A DNA stretch of 64,000 bases from Octopus vulgaris (GCA_951406725.2 OX597830.1:18476001-18540000); one strand, 5' to 3'. Positions 1 to 12,385 are shown, numbered from the stretch's first letter. Numbers and translations are program-made. The notes: generated by a model from the letters alone, not told the origin.

Positions 1-208
1 ATGGGCAAATGAATTACACAGATCCCGGTAGCTGGCTGGTTCTTTATTTCAGCAACCCCCAAAATGATGAAAGGCAAAGTTGATTTTGATGGGATTTGAA
101 CTCTGACTGTAAAAAAAAACTGGAAGAAATGCTACTAAGCATTTTGTCTACTATGGTAGCAATTCTGCCAACAACAACAACAATGATAACAACAACAACA
201 ACAACAAC

Positions 209-241
<33 letters not shown>

Positions 242-269
242 AATAAAAATAATAATAATGATAATAATT

Positions 270-478
270 GTTTCAACTTTTGACACAAGGCCAGCAATTC
301 TGGGACAGGGGTAAGTCAATTACATTAATCCTAGTGCACAACTGGAACTTACTTTACCAATCCCGAAAGGATGGAAAGCAAAGTTGGCTTCAGCAGCATT
401 TGAACTCAGATTGTAAAGATTGATGAAATGTTGTCAAAACATTTTGCCCAGCCTGCTAACAATTCTGTCAACTCGCTG
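270..478 (-). mobile_element. SINE family B (tRNA-like head, Meta/MESC-like core), diverged copy; second partial copy at ~500-625
   Basis: Minus strand reads ...gagttcaaatgctgctgaagccaactttgctttccatcctttcgggattggtaaagtaagttccag..., matching the many copies of this family; flanked by (TAA)n. Confidence 0.75.
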
Positions 479-627
479 AATAATAATAATAATAATAATC
501 CTTTCTATTATAAGCACAAGGCCTGTATTTTGTGGTGGGGAGGCAGTCAATCATATTGACCCCCATACTCAACTGGTACTTTAATTTATTGATGAAAGGC
601 AAAGTTGACCTCGGTGAAATTTGAGAT

Positions 628-810
628 GGAAAGATAGAACATCTACAGAAATCAGCATTGCTTGGAACTGCAAGAATTTTTCACGGGGTTCTTGAAGCAT
701 GACCAGTAAATAAGTGCCACCTTAGTTTGGTGGCTGTGAACAGCTGAAACTTTCCATCATTCCCAGCAAAATAAGCTGAGAGTTTTCATCAAATAATAAT
801 AATAGTAATA
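628..810 (+). mobile_element. 3' end of an R4/Dong-type RLE non-LTR retrotransposon
   Basis: Translates IEHLQKSALLGTARI..., the typical R4/Dong C-terminus, followed by a short 3' UTR and a (TAA)n tail. Confidence 0.65.
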
Positions 811-1450
811 ATACATGCATTTTCCATGCTTGCATAAGTTGGATGGGTCTTTTTCAGCACAGCACCTTAACATCTTAACACTTGATATTGTAATCTTTGT
901 TGTCGTCTTTGTGGGAGTCGGCCTCTAGTGATCAGTTTTTACCACTTCATCCCATTTCTTTCTCTTCTGCAGATTCTTTCAACTGGGTTCATTTGGTAGT
1001 TCTTCACTCAGTTGTCATCTTCCATATTGCATCACATGATCACAGAAGCCCAAGCTTGTCTCTTCCATCATAAAATCTGATTCCTCTTGTACCCAGTTTT
1101 ACTCTTAGTTCATTTCTCTTCTATCATTACACATTCAGCAGAACATGTCAGCCACGTTTCTTTATTTCCTTTAATAAACATTTCCTGCATTCAATGCTCA
1201 TATTTTATCATTATCAAGCACCAATGTATTTTATACTCATGCATCGTGCGAAAAAATCCACCACTCACTCAGAGAACTTTGTTGTTGTCTGCAAAGGTAA
1301 TTACTTTCTGAGCTTTTTCACTTTTTTACTCTGGCTATTTTTCATTCAAAACATTTTCTGCCATTGTACATATACAATGGACTCTTTCAGTTTCCATTTG
1401 CCAAACCTTTCTTCAATAACCAAGGGCGAGAGTAGAAGAGATTTGCTTAA

Positions 1451-1670
1451 CCCTTTAGTGTTCAGATTACTCTGTTAAATATAATACTTTTTCACTCAAA
1501 TTGTTTTGAATTAATCATGCATTATCTTATAGCTTTGCGGTTTCAGTGATGTGATTGTTTACTTTTAGCATGACATTGTAGGTTAGGTGTGAGAGACTAG
1601 ATATTGCCAGTGTGAATATAAAACATTTAGAATATTTGGGCCGGATATGGCTGGTTTAAACACCAAAGGG
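1451..1670. mobile_element. piggyBac-type MITE (~220 bp)
   Basis: TTAA at 1447-1450 and 1671-1674; termini CCCTTTAGTGTT / AACACCAAAGGG; homologous to copies at 19303, 39897 and 59153. Confidence 0.85.
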
Positions 1671-2336
1671 TTAAGGTGCTATACAGTGGGACTGCACCCA
1701 AAACTACATGGCTGTGTGGTTAGGAAGTGAAATTCCTAACTACACAGCCATGCAAGCATCTATAACACACACACACACACACACACATTTGGAGAAAGGA
1801 GAGAGAGATGGAGGGAGAGTAGTAAACTATAACTAGGTTGGGTACTGAGATTCAGGAATGCACAGTCATGGACAGAAATTACAGCTTAATACATACCTCA
1901 TGCATACATGAGTACAAAATAGTCACCGGTGAACTAAATGATCCGGGATCTGGTTTCAGTTCTCAATCATAGCCATTTTACTAAATTCACACAACTTAAT
2001 GACTTGGAAAAGACAAGAACATTACATAATCTTTTTCCTTAATTCCTTAAGTCTTTGTAAGAAATCCTATTACATGCTGATGTTAAGCAATTCTTATTTC
2101 CCATGCTAACAAATGTACACCTGAGTGCACAACAACTCCATATTAGTCTCATGTCAGCGTAGGCAATTGAAGATATGGTTGAATGAGTATAGCAGCTAAT
2201 TCTTACTGTGACTGCAGATTTTACATATATATGGTCTTCAGCAGTTGGATGCAAATTAGATCTGTGACATCCAATACAGGGAATCAAGCCGAACATTAAA
2301 CCGTATCAGTCTCACTAGTCCTGAAAGGAATTTGTA

Positions 2337-2410
2337 AAGGTAACGAGTGTTACCTGTGAAGGTAACGAGTGTTACCTGTGAAGGTAACGAGTGTGCCTGT
2401 TACCCTTCAC
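2337..2410. repeat. 22-bp tandem repeat (about 3 units), each unit palindromic
   Basis: aaggtaacgagtgttacctgtg repeated; AGGTAAC-gagt-GTTACCT stem-loop in each full unit. Confidence 0.9.
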
Positions 2411-3461
2411 TAAATCACATAAAAAAAAATAGAATAAAAACATTTTTTTAAATGTGTATGCTGGTGGACAGTTGTTCAGGATATGAGTTCAATAGGTGGA
2501 GCTTGCAATAAGAAATATAAACTGTTGATGGTTTATTCCCTGACATAATTATAAGTCAGTTTGTAAATCTAATTGACTCAGCAGAAGTCACCTCTCACTT
2601 GGGATTAAGCAGTTTACTTATTGATAAAGGAGTTTTTAAGCCATGGGAAAATTCCTGTTTAAAATTACAGTGATAAATAAATTTAGAAACCAGTCTTATG
2701 TGACTTAATCATCAGAGGAAGGATTACTACAACGCCCAGTTTAACACCGACCCCTTCACCCCTGGATGCTTTTAGGGGAGCCAAATCTGTTGCAAGCATT
2801 GCTTTCCTACTGTGGCAACTCACAGGTTGAGGTTTATTCTTGTCTTTTTCCAGCAGTCTTGGAGGCCACGCATAAGGTCATGGATATTATCATTCTTTCT
2901 GACTCATCCCCAAAACTTAAAATAAGACAAATATTTGTGTGGATACAAGGTTTATTGAGCTGTAACAATGGTAGATCCTAAAACCTGTAAGGTCTTTCAG
3001 GGACTGAAGATTTTAGAACAGTATGCAACCAGGAAACTCACCAATTATACAAAGATCTACTAGCTATAAAGTACCTGGTTAACGTGAGCCAACAAGGGTG
3101 TTTCTACCTGATCATTTGATGTTCTAGAAATAGCAGTCAAATTTTTGTCAAACCACACCCTATTATTTTATATGAAGAGTGACACATTTAATAATGTGGT
3201 CCTTGATATGCAAAAAGACAGAATAGTCATAGTTTTGATCAGGGGTCTGTGCAATTAGGGTTGACCCCAAGCTAAAATAAAACAGGAGCTTGTTTGAAGA
3301 AGGTAGATGAAGCCATTTTAAAGTTAAGCCTTTTGGCCTTTGACACAATGCTGAACTAGTAATTAGATATGAACCACTAGTCCTCAGTCAATGGTGATTC
3401 CCACTATAATCTGACAGCCAATGAATGGGCAAAGGGAGATTTATAAAAGCAACAACAACAA

Positions 3462-3643
3462 TAGCTCGGTGACTTGAGCTACCTGTGAGTTTAGTGTTTT
3501 GTAAAGGGCACAGTGCTTCTGTCCTGGTGACATGGTACAAATCATCAATTCTTGCAATTTGATTCCTGCTAGTGCTGGCTGCAGCTGAGAAGAACCTCCA
3601 GTACAAAACTAGAGCTGGGTTCTGACAAAATTTTCATTATGTA
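3462..3643. repeat. ~180-bp direct repeat, copy 1 (copy 2 at 4485-4667)
   Basis: tagct..ggtgactt..gctacctgtga...gggttctgacaaaa..tttcattatgta occurs on both sides of the SINE at 3644-4482. Confidence 0.9.
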
Positions 3644-3806
3644 GACATAGGAGTGGCTGTGTGGTAAGTAGGTTGCTTATGAACCACATGGTTCTGGGTT
3701 CAGTCCCACTGGGTGGCATTTTGGGCAAGTGTCTTCTACTATAGCCTCGGGCTGACCAAAGCCTTGTGAGTGGATTTGGTAGACAGAAACTGAAAGAAGC
3801 CCGTCA

Positions 3807-3883
<77 letters not shown>

Positions 3884-4249
3884 GGCAGTTTGTCTCTGTG
3901 TGTTTCTGTGTGTCTGTTTGCTTGTACCCTCACTCTGACCACGGCTTTCAACCGATTCTGATGAAACTTGACACACACATAGCCCAATGTCATAATTCAA
4001 AACTAACGCAGCGAAAATTTTGAAAAGTTCCCCCAGTTCTGAAAAAGATCGATAAATTCGACATGGGGTCGACAATCAGAAACACAAACCACAGATGGTC
4101 TAGGGGACGCAACTCGACCTTTTTAACTCAAAAAAATTTACCATCATTTTTTTCCCCATTTTTTTTGCTATTTTTGGGCTATAACTCTCTAAAAATGCTT
4201 TATAGTTATTTCCCTTACAAACCCGAGCAACGCCGGGCGATACTGCTAG

Positions 4250-4280
<31 letters not shown>

Positions 4281-4482
4281 CTGTGTTTGTTGCCTCAACA
4301 TCACTTGACAACCAATGCTGGTGTGTTTACGTCCCCATAACTTAGTGGTTTGGCAAAAGAGACCGATAGAATAAGTACTAGGCTTTCAAAGAATTAGTCA
4401 TGGGGTCAATTTTCTCGACTAAATGGTGGTGATCCAGCATGGCCACAGTCAAATGACTGAAACAAGTAAATGAGTAAAGAGT
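3644..4482 (+). mobile_element. SINE family A (tRNA-like head, internal (TA)n/(TG)n), containing a Helitron
   Basis: Head aggagtggctgtgtggtaag...gggttcagtccc (A/B-box-like), body ...gaaactgaaagaagcccgtc, tail gactgaaacaagtaaa..gagtaaagag. Confidence 0.9.
3870..4249 (+). mobile_element. Non-autonomous Helitron inserted in the SINE (TA)n tract
   Basis: 5' tatatataaacggcagtttgtc; 3' subterminal hairpin CCCGAGCAACGCCGGG (4222-4237) followed by the CTAG-T terminus. Confidence 0.8.
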
Positions 4483-5021
4483 TGTAGCTAGGTGACTTAA
4501 GCTACCTGTGATTTTAGTGTTTTGTAAAGGGCACAATCTTCTGTCCAGGTGACATGGTACAAATCATCAATTCTTGCAATTTGATTCATGCTAGTGCTGG
4601 CTGCAACTGAGAAGAACCCCCAGCACAAAACTAGAGCTGGGTTCTGACAAAAAAATTTCATTATGTAAATAACAGCATGTTGTGTTCTTGAGCTTCTTTG
4701 AGGAAGAGAATGAAATCAAAATTGCTTTAAATTACAGAGGCATACACCACCACCACCATCACCACCACATCATTGTTATTGTCACCACTTTTACATCTAT
4801 TTTGATAAGCTCACATAGGTTGGACAAATCTCAAATGCATCTCACATCCTGTTGCAGCCCTTTGTCATTTGACATATTTCACAGCAACATAGAACACCTG
4901 AATTTTTTTCTCATTTCTTTTTACAAGGATAGGGTTTTTATGGCTGAATGCTTTTCTTATGACCCATTCATACTCATAGCCATACATACATACAGACAGA
5001 TAAATAAAAAAGGTAGACACA

Positions 5022-5358
5022 GGCGCAGGAGTGGCAGTGTGGTAAGTAGCTTGCTTACCAACCACATGGTTCTGGGTTCAGTCCCACTGCGTGGCACCTT
5101 GGGCAAGTGTCTTCTACTATAGCCTTGGGCCGATGGAAACTGAAGGAAGCCTGTCATATATATGTATATATGTGTGTGTGTGTATGTTTGTCCCCCCAAC
5201 ATCGCTTGACAACCAACTTAGTGGTTCAGCAAAAAAGACCGATAGAATAAGTACTAGGCTTTCAAAGAATAAGTCCTGGGATCGATTTGCTCGACTAAAG
5301 GCGGTGCTCCAGCATGGCCACAGTCAAATGACTGAAACAAGTACAAGAGTACAAGAAT
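5022..5358 (+). mobile_element. SINE family A
   Basis: ggcgcaggagtggcagtgtggtaag head through the gactgaaacaagtacaagag tail. Confidence 0.9.
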
Positions 5359-5795
5359 ATAGATAAATAGATAGACAAACAGACAGATAAATGGATAGAC
5401 ACACAAACAGATAGATAGATATATAGATGGACAAACAAGTAGATAGATAGATAGATAGATAGATATAGATAGATAGACAAAGCAAGCCCACATACACACA
5501 CATATGTACATATACACACATATATTCATGCATACTCACATCTCAATACGCACATACAGCACCAATACACACATACATATACATACGCAGCCATAGACAA
5601 ATACCACGCTCTGGTAGGGTAGCTTATAATTGTTACTTTTCAACCAATTCATCCGGAAAGTAACACTGATATCCGTCCTTACACCCAACATTTTTTGTTT
5701 ACCAGTGTAAAAGGGAGGAGAGAAACATTTCTGTCTGCATGCATACACACACAACAGGTACCCACCCCCTCTCCATCTCTCTCTCTCTCTCCTTT

Positions 5796-5833
<38 letters not shown>

Positions 5834-6019
5834 CACCCAAGCAGATAAATGTACTTGCTAACACTGCAAGAAAGCAGATCCTTCCACATGCACATCCCGC
5901 CCTTCTAACTACCATTACAGCTGCTGCTACTTGCTGCTGCTGCTGCTGCTACTACTACTACAACTACTGCTGCTGTTGCTGCTACTACTGCTGCTGCTAC
6001 TACTACTACTAATAATAAT

Positions 6020-6445
6020 AATCTTTTCTACTCGAGGCACAAGGCCCGAATTTTGGGGGAGGAAGCCAGTCGATTATATCAACCCCAGTGCGTAACTGCT
6101 ACTTACTTAATTGACCCCGAAAGGATGAAAGGCAAAGTCGACCTCGGCGGAATTTGAACTCAGAACGTAACGGCAGGCGAAATACCGCTAAGCAGATCGC
6201 CCGATATGCTCACGATTCTGCCAGCTCGCCAATAGTAATAGTGGTTTCAAATTTTGGCACAAGGCTAACAATTTTGGGGGTAGTGTGCTAGTCAGTTAAC
6301 TAGACCCCAGTGCTCAATTGGTCCTTATTTTATTAACCCTGAAAGGACGAGAGGTAATGTTGACCCCAGCAGAATTTGAACTCAGAAAGAAATGCCACTA
6401 ATTTTTTTGTCCAGCATGCTAATGATTCTGCCAGCTCATCACCTT
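6020..6445 (-). mobile_element. Two tandem SINE family B copies in a (TAA)n context
   Basis: Both contain gacccc/gaaaggatgaaaggcaaagtcgacc...gaatttgaactcagaa...ctgccagctc. Confidence 0.8.
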
Positions 6446-6546
6446 AATAATGATAATAATCTCTTCTGTTCTATTATAGGCACTATTTGAGTACTTACGT
6501 TATCGACCTTATTGACAGGTCATGTACTAGTAATGATAATAATAAT

Positions 6547-6819
6547 GGTATCAACATAAACCTGAAAGCATCATCGAAAATGATAATGCAAAGATCCTAT
6601 TGGATTTTATGATTCAGTGTGACCATGAGATAGAGGATAGGAAACCAGACATTGTGTTAATTGAAAAAGAAAGCAAATGATGCTGAATCATAGATATAGC
6701 ATGCCCAGCTGACATCAAGGTATGTGATAAGGAAGAAAGGAAAGTTGATAGATATGACAAGTTAGCTTGGGAATTTAAGCAGTTGTGGTCGCTGAAAAAG
6801 GTGGTAGTAGTACCAATAA
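6547..6819 (+). mobile_element. R4/Dong-type restriction-like endonuclease domain fragment, with stops
   Basis: Translates WYQHKPESIIENDNAKILLDFMIQCDHEIEDRKPDIVLIEK...IIDIACPAD...KVDRYDKLAWE...VVVVPI (PD..D RLE motif). Confidence 0.8.
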
Positions 6820-7349
6820 GACAACTATGTCCTCAACTGTTACCTTCATAACTTTAAGGGCAATTACCTCCACAGTTACCACTTCTAGACTCCCTAACAC
6901 TACCACCATTACTATTATCAACACAGTCTCACCACTAGAACCAGAGTGGGCAGGATCATTCGCATGTTAGTCAAATGCTTAGTGGCATTTCTTTCAGCTC
7001 TATGTTCTGAGTTCAAATCCTATCAAACCCAACTTTGCCTTCCATCCTTTCTGGGTTGATAAAAATAAACAGCCAAATAGTGGGGTTGATGCTATCACCT
7101 AAAATCCCTCTTCCTAAAAATTGCAGGCTTTTTGCCAAAATTTGGAACATCATCATTATTATGTCTGTTAGCAAAAACACTCTCTGTAATGACAACCGGT
7201 TTAATTATTCACACCAACACGATCACCATCACCATCACCTTCAACATTAATCACTCTGAAAATAACAACTATTACAACCACCAAGATTCCAATATTTACT
7301 ATCACATTTGCATTCATGACCAATGATACAATTACTTCCACTACTATTG

Positions 7350-7750
7350 CTCTTTTACTCTTTACTTGTTTCAGTCATTTGACTGTGGCCATGCTGGAGC
7401 AGCGCCTTTAGTCGAGCAAATCGACCCCAGAACTTATTCTTTGTAAGCCTAGTGCTTATTCTATCAGTCTCTTTTGCCGAACCACTAAGTTACGGGGACG
7501 TAAACACACCAGCATCGGCTGTCAAGCAATGTGGTGGGGGACAAACATATACACACACATACATATATATATAAATATACATATATATGACGGATTTCTT
7601 TCAGTTTCCGTCTACCAAATCCACTTACAAGGCTTTGGTCGGCCCAAGGCTATAGTAGAAAACACTTGCCCGAGGTGCCACGCAGTGGGACTGAACCCGG
7701 AACCACGTGGTTGGTAAGCAAGCTGCTTACCACACAGCCACTCCTACGCC
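7350..7750 (-). mobile_element. SINE family A
   Basis: Full-length reverse copy, from ctcttttactcttttacttgtttcag to cagccactcctacgcc. Confidence 0.9.
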
Positions 7751-8467
7751 TATTGGTGGAAGTAATTGTACTGCCACTGCAACCATTATTATTGCCACCA
7801 TCACTACAACATCACCAAGACTACAAGTATTCTTGTAATCATTATTGCTGCTGCTACTGCTACTCCCACTACTCAGTTTCAGGCTTGGAACTAATTCCTT
7901 CCCTTCCAATAATGTAGGGTGTGTCCAAATTCTGATATTGAATTAACTGCTAAATGAACTGTGAGAGAAGAAACTGGAAGTGGGATGAGGGAGGTAGTCT
8001 GATATGGAGAGTCTCTCTTTTTTTTTATAAATGTGTGTGTGTGTGTGTGTGTGGATAAGTGAATGAATATGCATTTCTTAGATTCAGTCATTAACTTATT
8101 TTGAGTATGTGTGTGTATGCACATATGAGGTGTGTTCTAAAAGTAGTATCTAACTTTATTTTTCCTGCCAAAACAAATGCTGTGTGGGCAAAATCCTCTG
8201 GGTGGGAGATGACACCATCCTTCCTGCACGTGTATAAAAATTTTCATGCTGCTCGGCCGCATCAGTTCCCAGCTGTTGTGCCCAGAGTACAGACATGTAG
8301 TGCACACTCATCAGATTTTCACTTTCACGCAAGATGAGGGAACGCAGCAAGCAGAGACCACAAGCCCATGTCTCATTACTAGTGGTGATGTTCTTCATGA
8401 AGTTCGAGTCATTGTTTGCATGGTCCAGCATGTCTTAAGCGAATTCTGTGTGGAATTGTTTCTGCTG

Positions 8468-8708
8468 CTGTTGCTGTTGTGCAAATGGTCTTCATCCCAG
8501 AGCTTGCAAGATGGGAGAAGTCTGAAACGTGGTCCTTTGCTATTCGTAAGACCTGCAGAAGAGAAAGCAGGTCAACCCCCGACACCAAGAGCATCGACGG
8601 ATGGATGAATACACATCCAGGCTCAGCGGTTGCATAGGAAGTCGGGGACAAGAAAGAGTGAGAGAAAGTTGGGGCGAAAGAGTACAACAGGGGTCGCCAC
8701 CACACCCC
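8468..8708 (-). mobile_element. 5'-truncated SINE (family C-like core) inserted in the mariner ORF
   Basis: Contains gagtgagagaaagttggggcgaaagagtacaacagggg shared with family C; 11-bp TSD tgtttctgctg at 8457 and 8709. Confidence 0.7.
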
Positions 8709-9043
8709 TGTTTCTGCTGTTCTGCCAGCACTTTGAGGGAAAATTTTAGCCAACACTCTCTGCGTGCACAATTCCTCCATTAAAATAGAATGCACTGACC
8801 CTGTGCTTATTCCTACTTCATGAGCAATTTCCTGGATTGTTACATAACAGTCTTCCTTGATTATTCACTGAACTGTCTCAATTGGTTCTTCATTTCAGCT
8901 TGTGGATGGCCTGCCTGAGTGTGCCTTGGTTCCCAGAGATGCAGCCATGTTTGAAGTGGCAGTACCACTCCTTCATTTGAGTTTTGCCCATCACACCATC
9001 ACTGAAGGCCTGCTGAATCTGTTGGATAGTTTGAGCTTGAGTA

Positions 9044-9530
9044 CCGTAAATCTTCGAGTATAGTCCGCCCTTGAGTATAATACGCAGGGGACTTTTAGAA
9101 AAACCTAAACCTTGTGTATAATATGCAACCTTTCTCTAACTTGAGTCAAGGAGGTCTATATAACGTCCTTGGTTTGAAAAACTGTATACAGTAACGTTCT
9201 CTATTATTATTGTATATATAACATAATGCAAACGTGTTGCTTTTTTGTTCATTTTGTTTGCAGAAAATAAAGAAATAACAGTAATAAAGTTTAATAAATG
9301 TTGGTTACTGCAAGTTACGGATGACTTCATTGCTTTCAGGCTTAGCTTAAGGTATTTTTGTGCCCGACATCACAAAATACGTCTGAATAAACATTGCCAG
9401 ACAGCAAATAGAGACTCGGACATTGCTTAGAAAATATTTTTTCATTTTTAACCTCGTAAATAGTACGCACTAGGGATTTTGACCTTTAAATTTTGGGGGG
9501 AAAATGTGGATCATACCTAAGGATTTACGG
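9044..9530. mobile_element. Tc2/pogo-type MITE nested in the mariner ORF
   Basis: TA-CCGTAAATC ... GATTTACGG-TA; removing it rejoins the transposase at KLGDT/QAQTI. Confidence 0.8.
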
Positions 9531-10136
9531 TATCACCAAGCTTTTGGTAAAACTTGATGCAATATCTCTGCTTGAAACATTCAGTGCAAACAAAAATCTG
9601 ATGAGTGCACACTATAAGCCTGTAATCTAGGTGTAACAGCTGGGAACTGACGCAGCTTACCAGCACAAAAGTTTCCATGTGTGTGCAGAAAGAGTGGTAT
9701 CACCTCTCACCCACAGGATTTTGCCCATGTGGCATTAGTTTTGGTGGGAAAAAATAAAATCATACTTTTTGAATGTACCTTGTACAAGTGTGTATGTGTA
9801 CATGTATATGGGTGTGTGTGTCTATATGTTTATGAGTATGGAGTGCAGTTACTTCAGTACAAATATGTAAGTAGATGTACATGTATACAATACAGTGCCT
9901 TGGTGTATATAAACTCAACACAATGTAAGGCAATGTCATGTTAACCTGTTTAGATAAACAAGAACTGTTGTTGTTGCTGGTGATGATGATAATGATGATA
10001 CTGGTGGTGGTGAGGACGGCAATGATGGTGGTGATAGCAATGGATATGACAATAATCAGGATATTGACCATGGTAAGAAGAATGTTGAAAATGGCTGCTA
10101 TGAGCAATATTATCAATAAAGAAGAGATGATAACCT

Positions 10137-10640
10137 ATTTCTTTACTACCCACAAGGGGCTAAACACAGAGGAATGTTGATAATGGCTGCTATGAGCAAT
10201 ATTATCAATAAAGAAGAGATGATAACCTATTTCTTTACTACCCACAAGGGGCTAAACACAGAGGGGACAAACAAGAACAGACAAATGGATTAAGTCGATT
10301 ATATCGACCCCAGTGCGTAACTGGTACTTAATTTATCGACCCCGAAAGGATGAAAGGCAAAGTCGACCTCGGTGGAATTTGAACTCAGAATGCAGCGGCA
10401 GACGAAATACCGATTTCTTTACTACCCACAAGGGGCTAAACACAGAGAGGACAAACAAGGACAGACAAAGGGATTAAGTCGATTATATCGACCCCAGTGC
10501 GTAACTGGTACTTAATTTATCGACCCCGAAAGGATGAAAGGCAAAGTCGACCTCGGCGGAATTTTAACTCAGAACATAACAGCAGACAAAATACAGCTAT
10601 GCATTTCGCCCGGCATGCTAACGTTTCTGCCAGCTTACCC
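10137..10640 (-). mobile_element. SINE family B dimer plus a ~92-bp tandem duplication of its tail and flank
   Basis: Two units (10228-10412, 10413-10640); TSD aagagatgataacc; 10081-10172 is duplicated at 10173-10264. Confidence 0.85.
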
Positions 10641-11659
10641 AAGAGATGATAACCAATGAGAAGTGGCAATCGATGATGTGAAGAAGTGACAAACTATGAA
10701 GATGACAAATTAAAAAAAGCAACAGTCTCTGTTCTCTCCTTTAATGATAATGATAATGATGGCAAGAGCAAGGCATATGAAATAAGGCAATTTGTCCTAA
10801 GACCCACTACACTGATGAAAACTTTCTTGGTAGATGTTGTTTACTCCCAGATAAGCCGTGATGATTTCTGTTAGGCCAAGTGAGTGTTTGCACGCTCCCC
10901 TGTTAGCACAGGATGTTAAGGTTTTGTAAAGGTTTGTGAGTTTGGAGGGTCTGTGACTTAATAATTAAGAATCTTAACTATAAGGTTACAGAAGTTCTAA
11001 GATAATTCACATCACAGGTGAAGTGTCAAAGCAGCCTGGGTAAAAACCCACAAAAATCATTTTGGAAAACAAGAAATGTCCCATAGCCTATATTATTTGT
11101 AGAGTTAGTACTGTATATGAGTTGTAGAGTGAGCTTCTACATGGTCACTTGATATGTAAGAAATAGCAGTCAAATCTTCCTCAAAATCATGCTCTTGTAA
11201 GGTAAGAACACATTGGATAATGTAGTTCTAGACATACCCACCAAAAGACAAAATGGTCAGGATCGGAATGCCTTTGCTCATAGGTCTCTTGATCAAGGAT
11301 AACCTGATGATATGCAAAAATTTTGGTGCTGTGGTTTCTTTGTTTCCTTCTTTAGACCCATAGAACCATTTAAAACATGTAAATCCTCCAAGCACAGTAG
11401 AGTAATGTCATTGGCTAATGTTTCTTGTTTTTTTTTTGTTTGTTTTTTTCTTACAGCACATAATTATTTCTAGTTAGTTATTTTAATATCTGGTACATTG
11501 AATATATTTACATTAACTTAACCATTGTTTTGTTTTCTTTCGTGTAAATGAATTATGAATTTTATAAACAAATCTATTTACTAATGTCAATCAACGGACT
11601 ATTTTGCACATTAACTTAGCGGTTCTTCTATCAATATTTCAACAATACTGTGAAAGCAA

Positions 11660-11705
11660 TATTTCACTGATGAAGTCAGTATAAGACTGAACATATCAAG
11701 AGTTG
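11660..11705 (+). ncRNA. Degenerate minimal hammerhead-ribozyme-like motif (possible Penelope-like relic)
   Basis: CTGATGA-AGTC-agtataa-GACT-GAAC-ATATC next to (TA)n; GAAA and stem I are imperfect. Confidence 0.35.
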
Positions 11706-11751
11706 TCTTCCATATCCACTGAAAAAAAGAATCAAAAACATTAGACACTGA

Positions 11752-11809
<58 letters not shown>

Positions 11810-12160
11810 ATTACTGCATATTTATTTCTAGTTAGCTTTTTTGTACTCCCTGCATTAATTAAGATAACAGTAAGTTAAGTATTGAAACAGACAGCTCAGA
11901 AAAAAGCTGTTAAATGGAGTGCTATTCAAACAACAATAACAACAAAAAAAAACTTCTTTAAAAAGTCTACTAATGATATATAAATGTTTTCGTTACTGAA
12001 GGCATAGTAGCTCTTGTTTCTTTGACTAACCTTCACATTGAAGATACATGCTCTCAGGCTAAATATGACATAATTTCCTAAAAAGAATTTTACAGTGAGA
12101 AATCTCGTCGTAGACACACACACACACACACACATGCATGCACGCGTGCGGGCATGCATA

Positions 12161-12242
<82 letters not shown>

Positions 12243-12346
12243 CACACATGTCCTTGTCATCATTTTGTGTGCATGCATGTGTGTATGTATTAGGGTATTT
12301 AAGTGGAAGAAAAAGTAGTTCTTACATGTAAGCAGAGCTTATATTT

Positions 12347-12385
<39 letters not shown>

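Larger units (their letters stand above)
8126..9782 (-). mobile_element. Decayed mariner (DD34D-type) element with ~200-bp inverted ends
   Basis: Minus strand gives QRYCIKFYQKLGDT|QAQTIQQIQQAF...EWYCHFKHG...GRPSTS...TIQEIAHEVGISTGSVHSIL...FMKNITTSNETW (TGDETW-like); 8126-8320 is an inverted copy of ~9590-9782; TA at both ends. Confidence 0.8.

Noticed and set aside
880-1420. Possible ancient RTE fragment on the minus strand
   Set aside because: Only faint motif remnants; not supportable without alignment.
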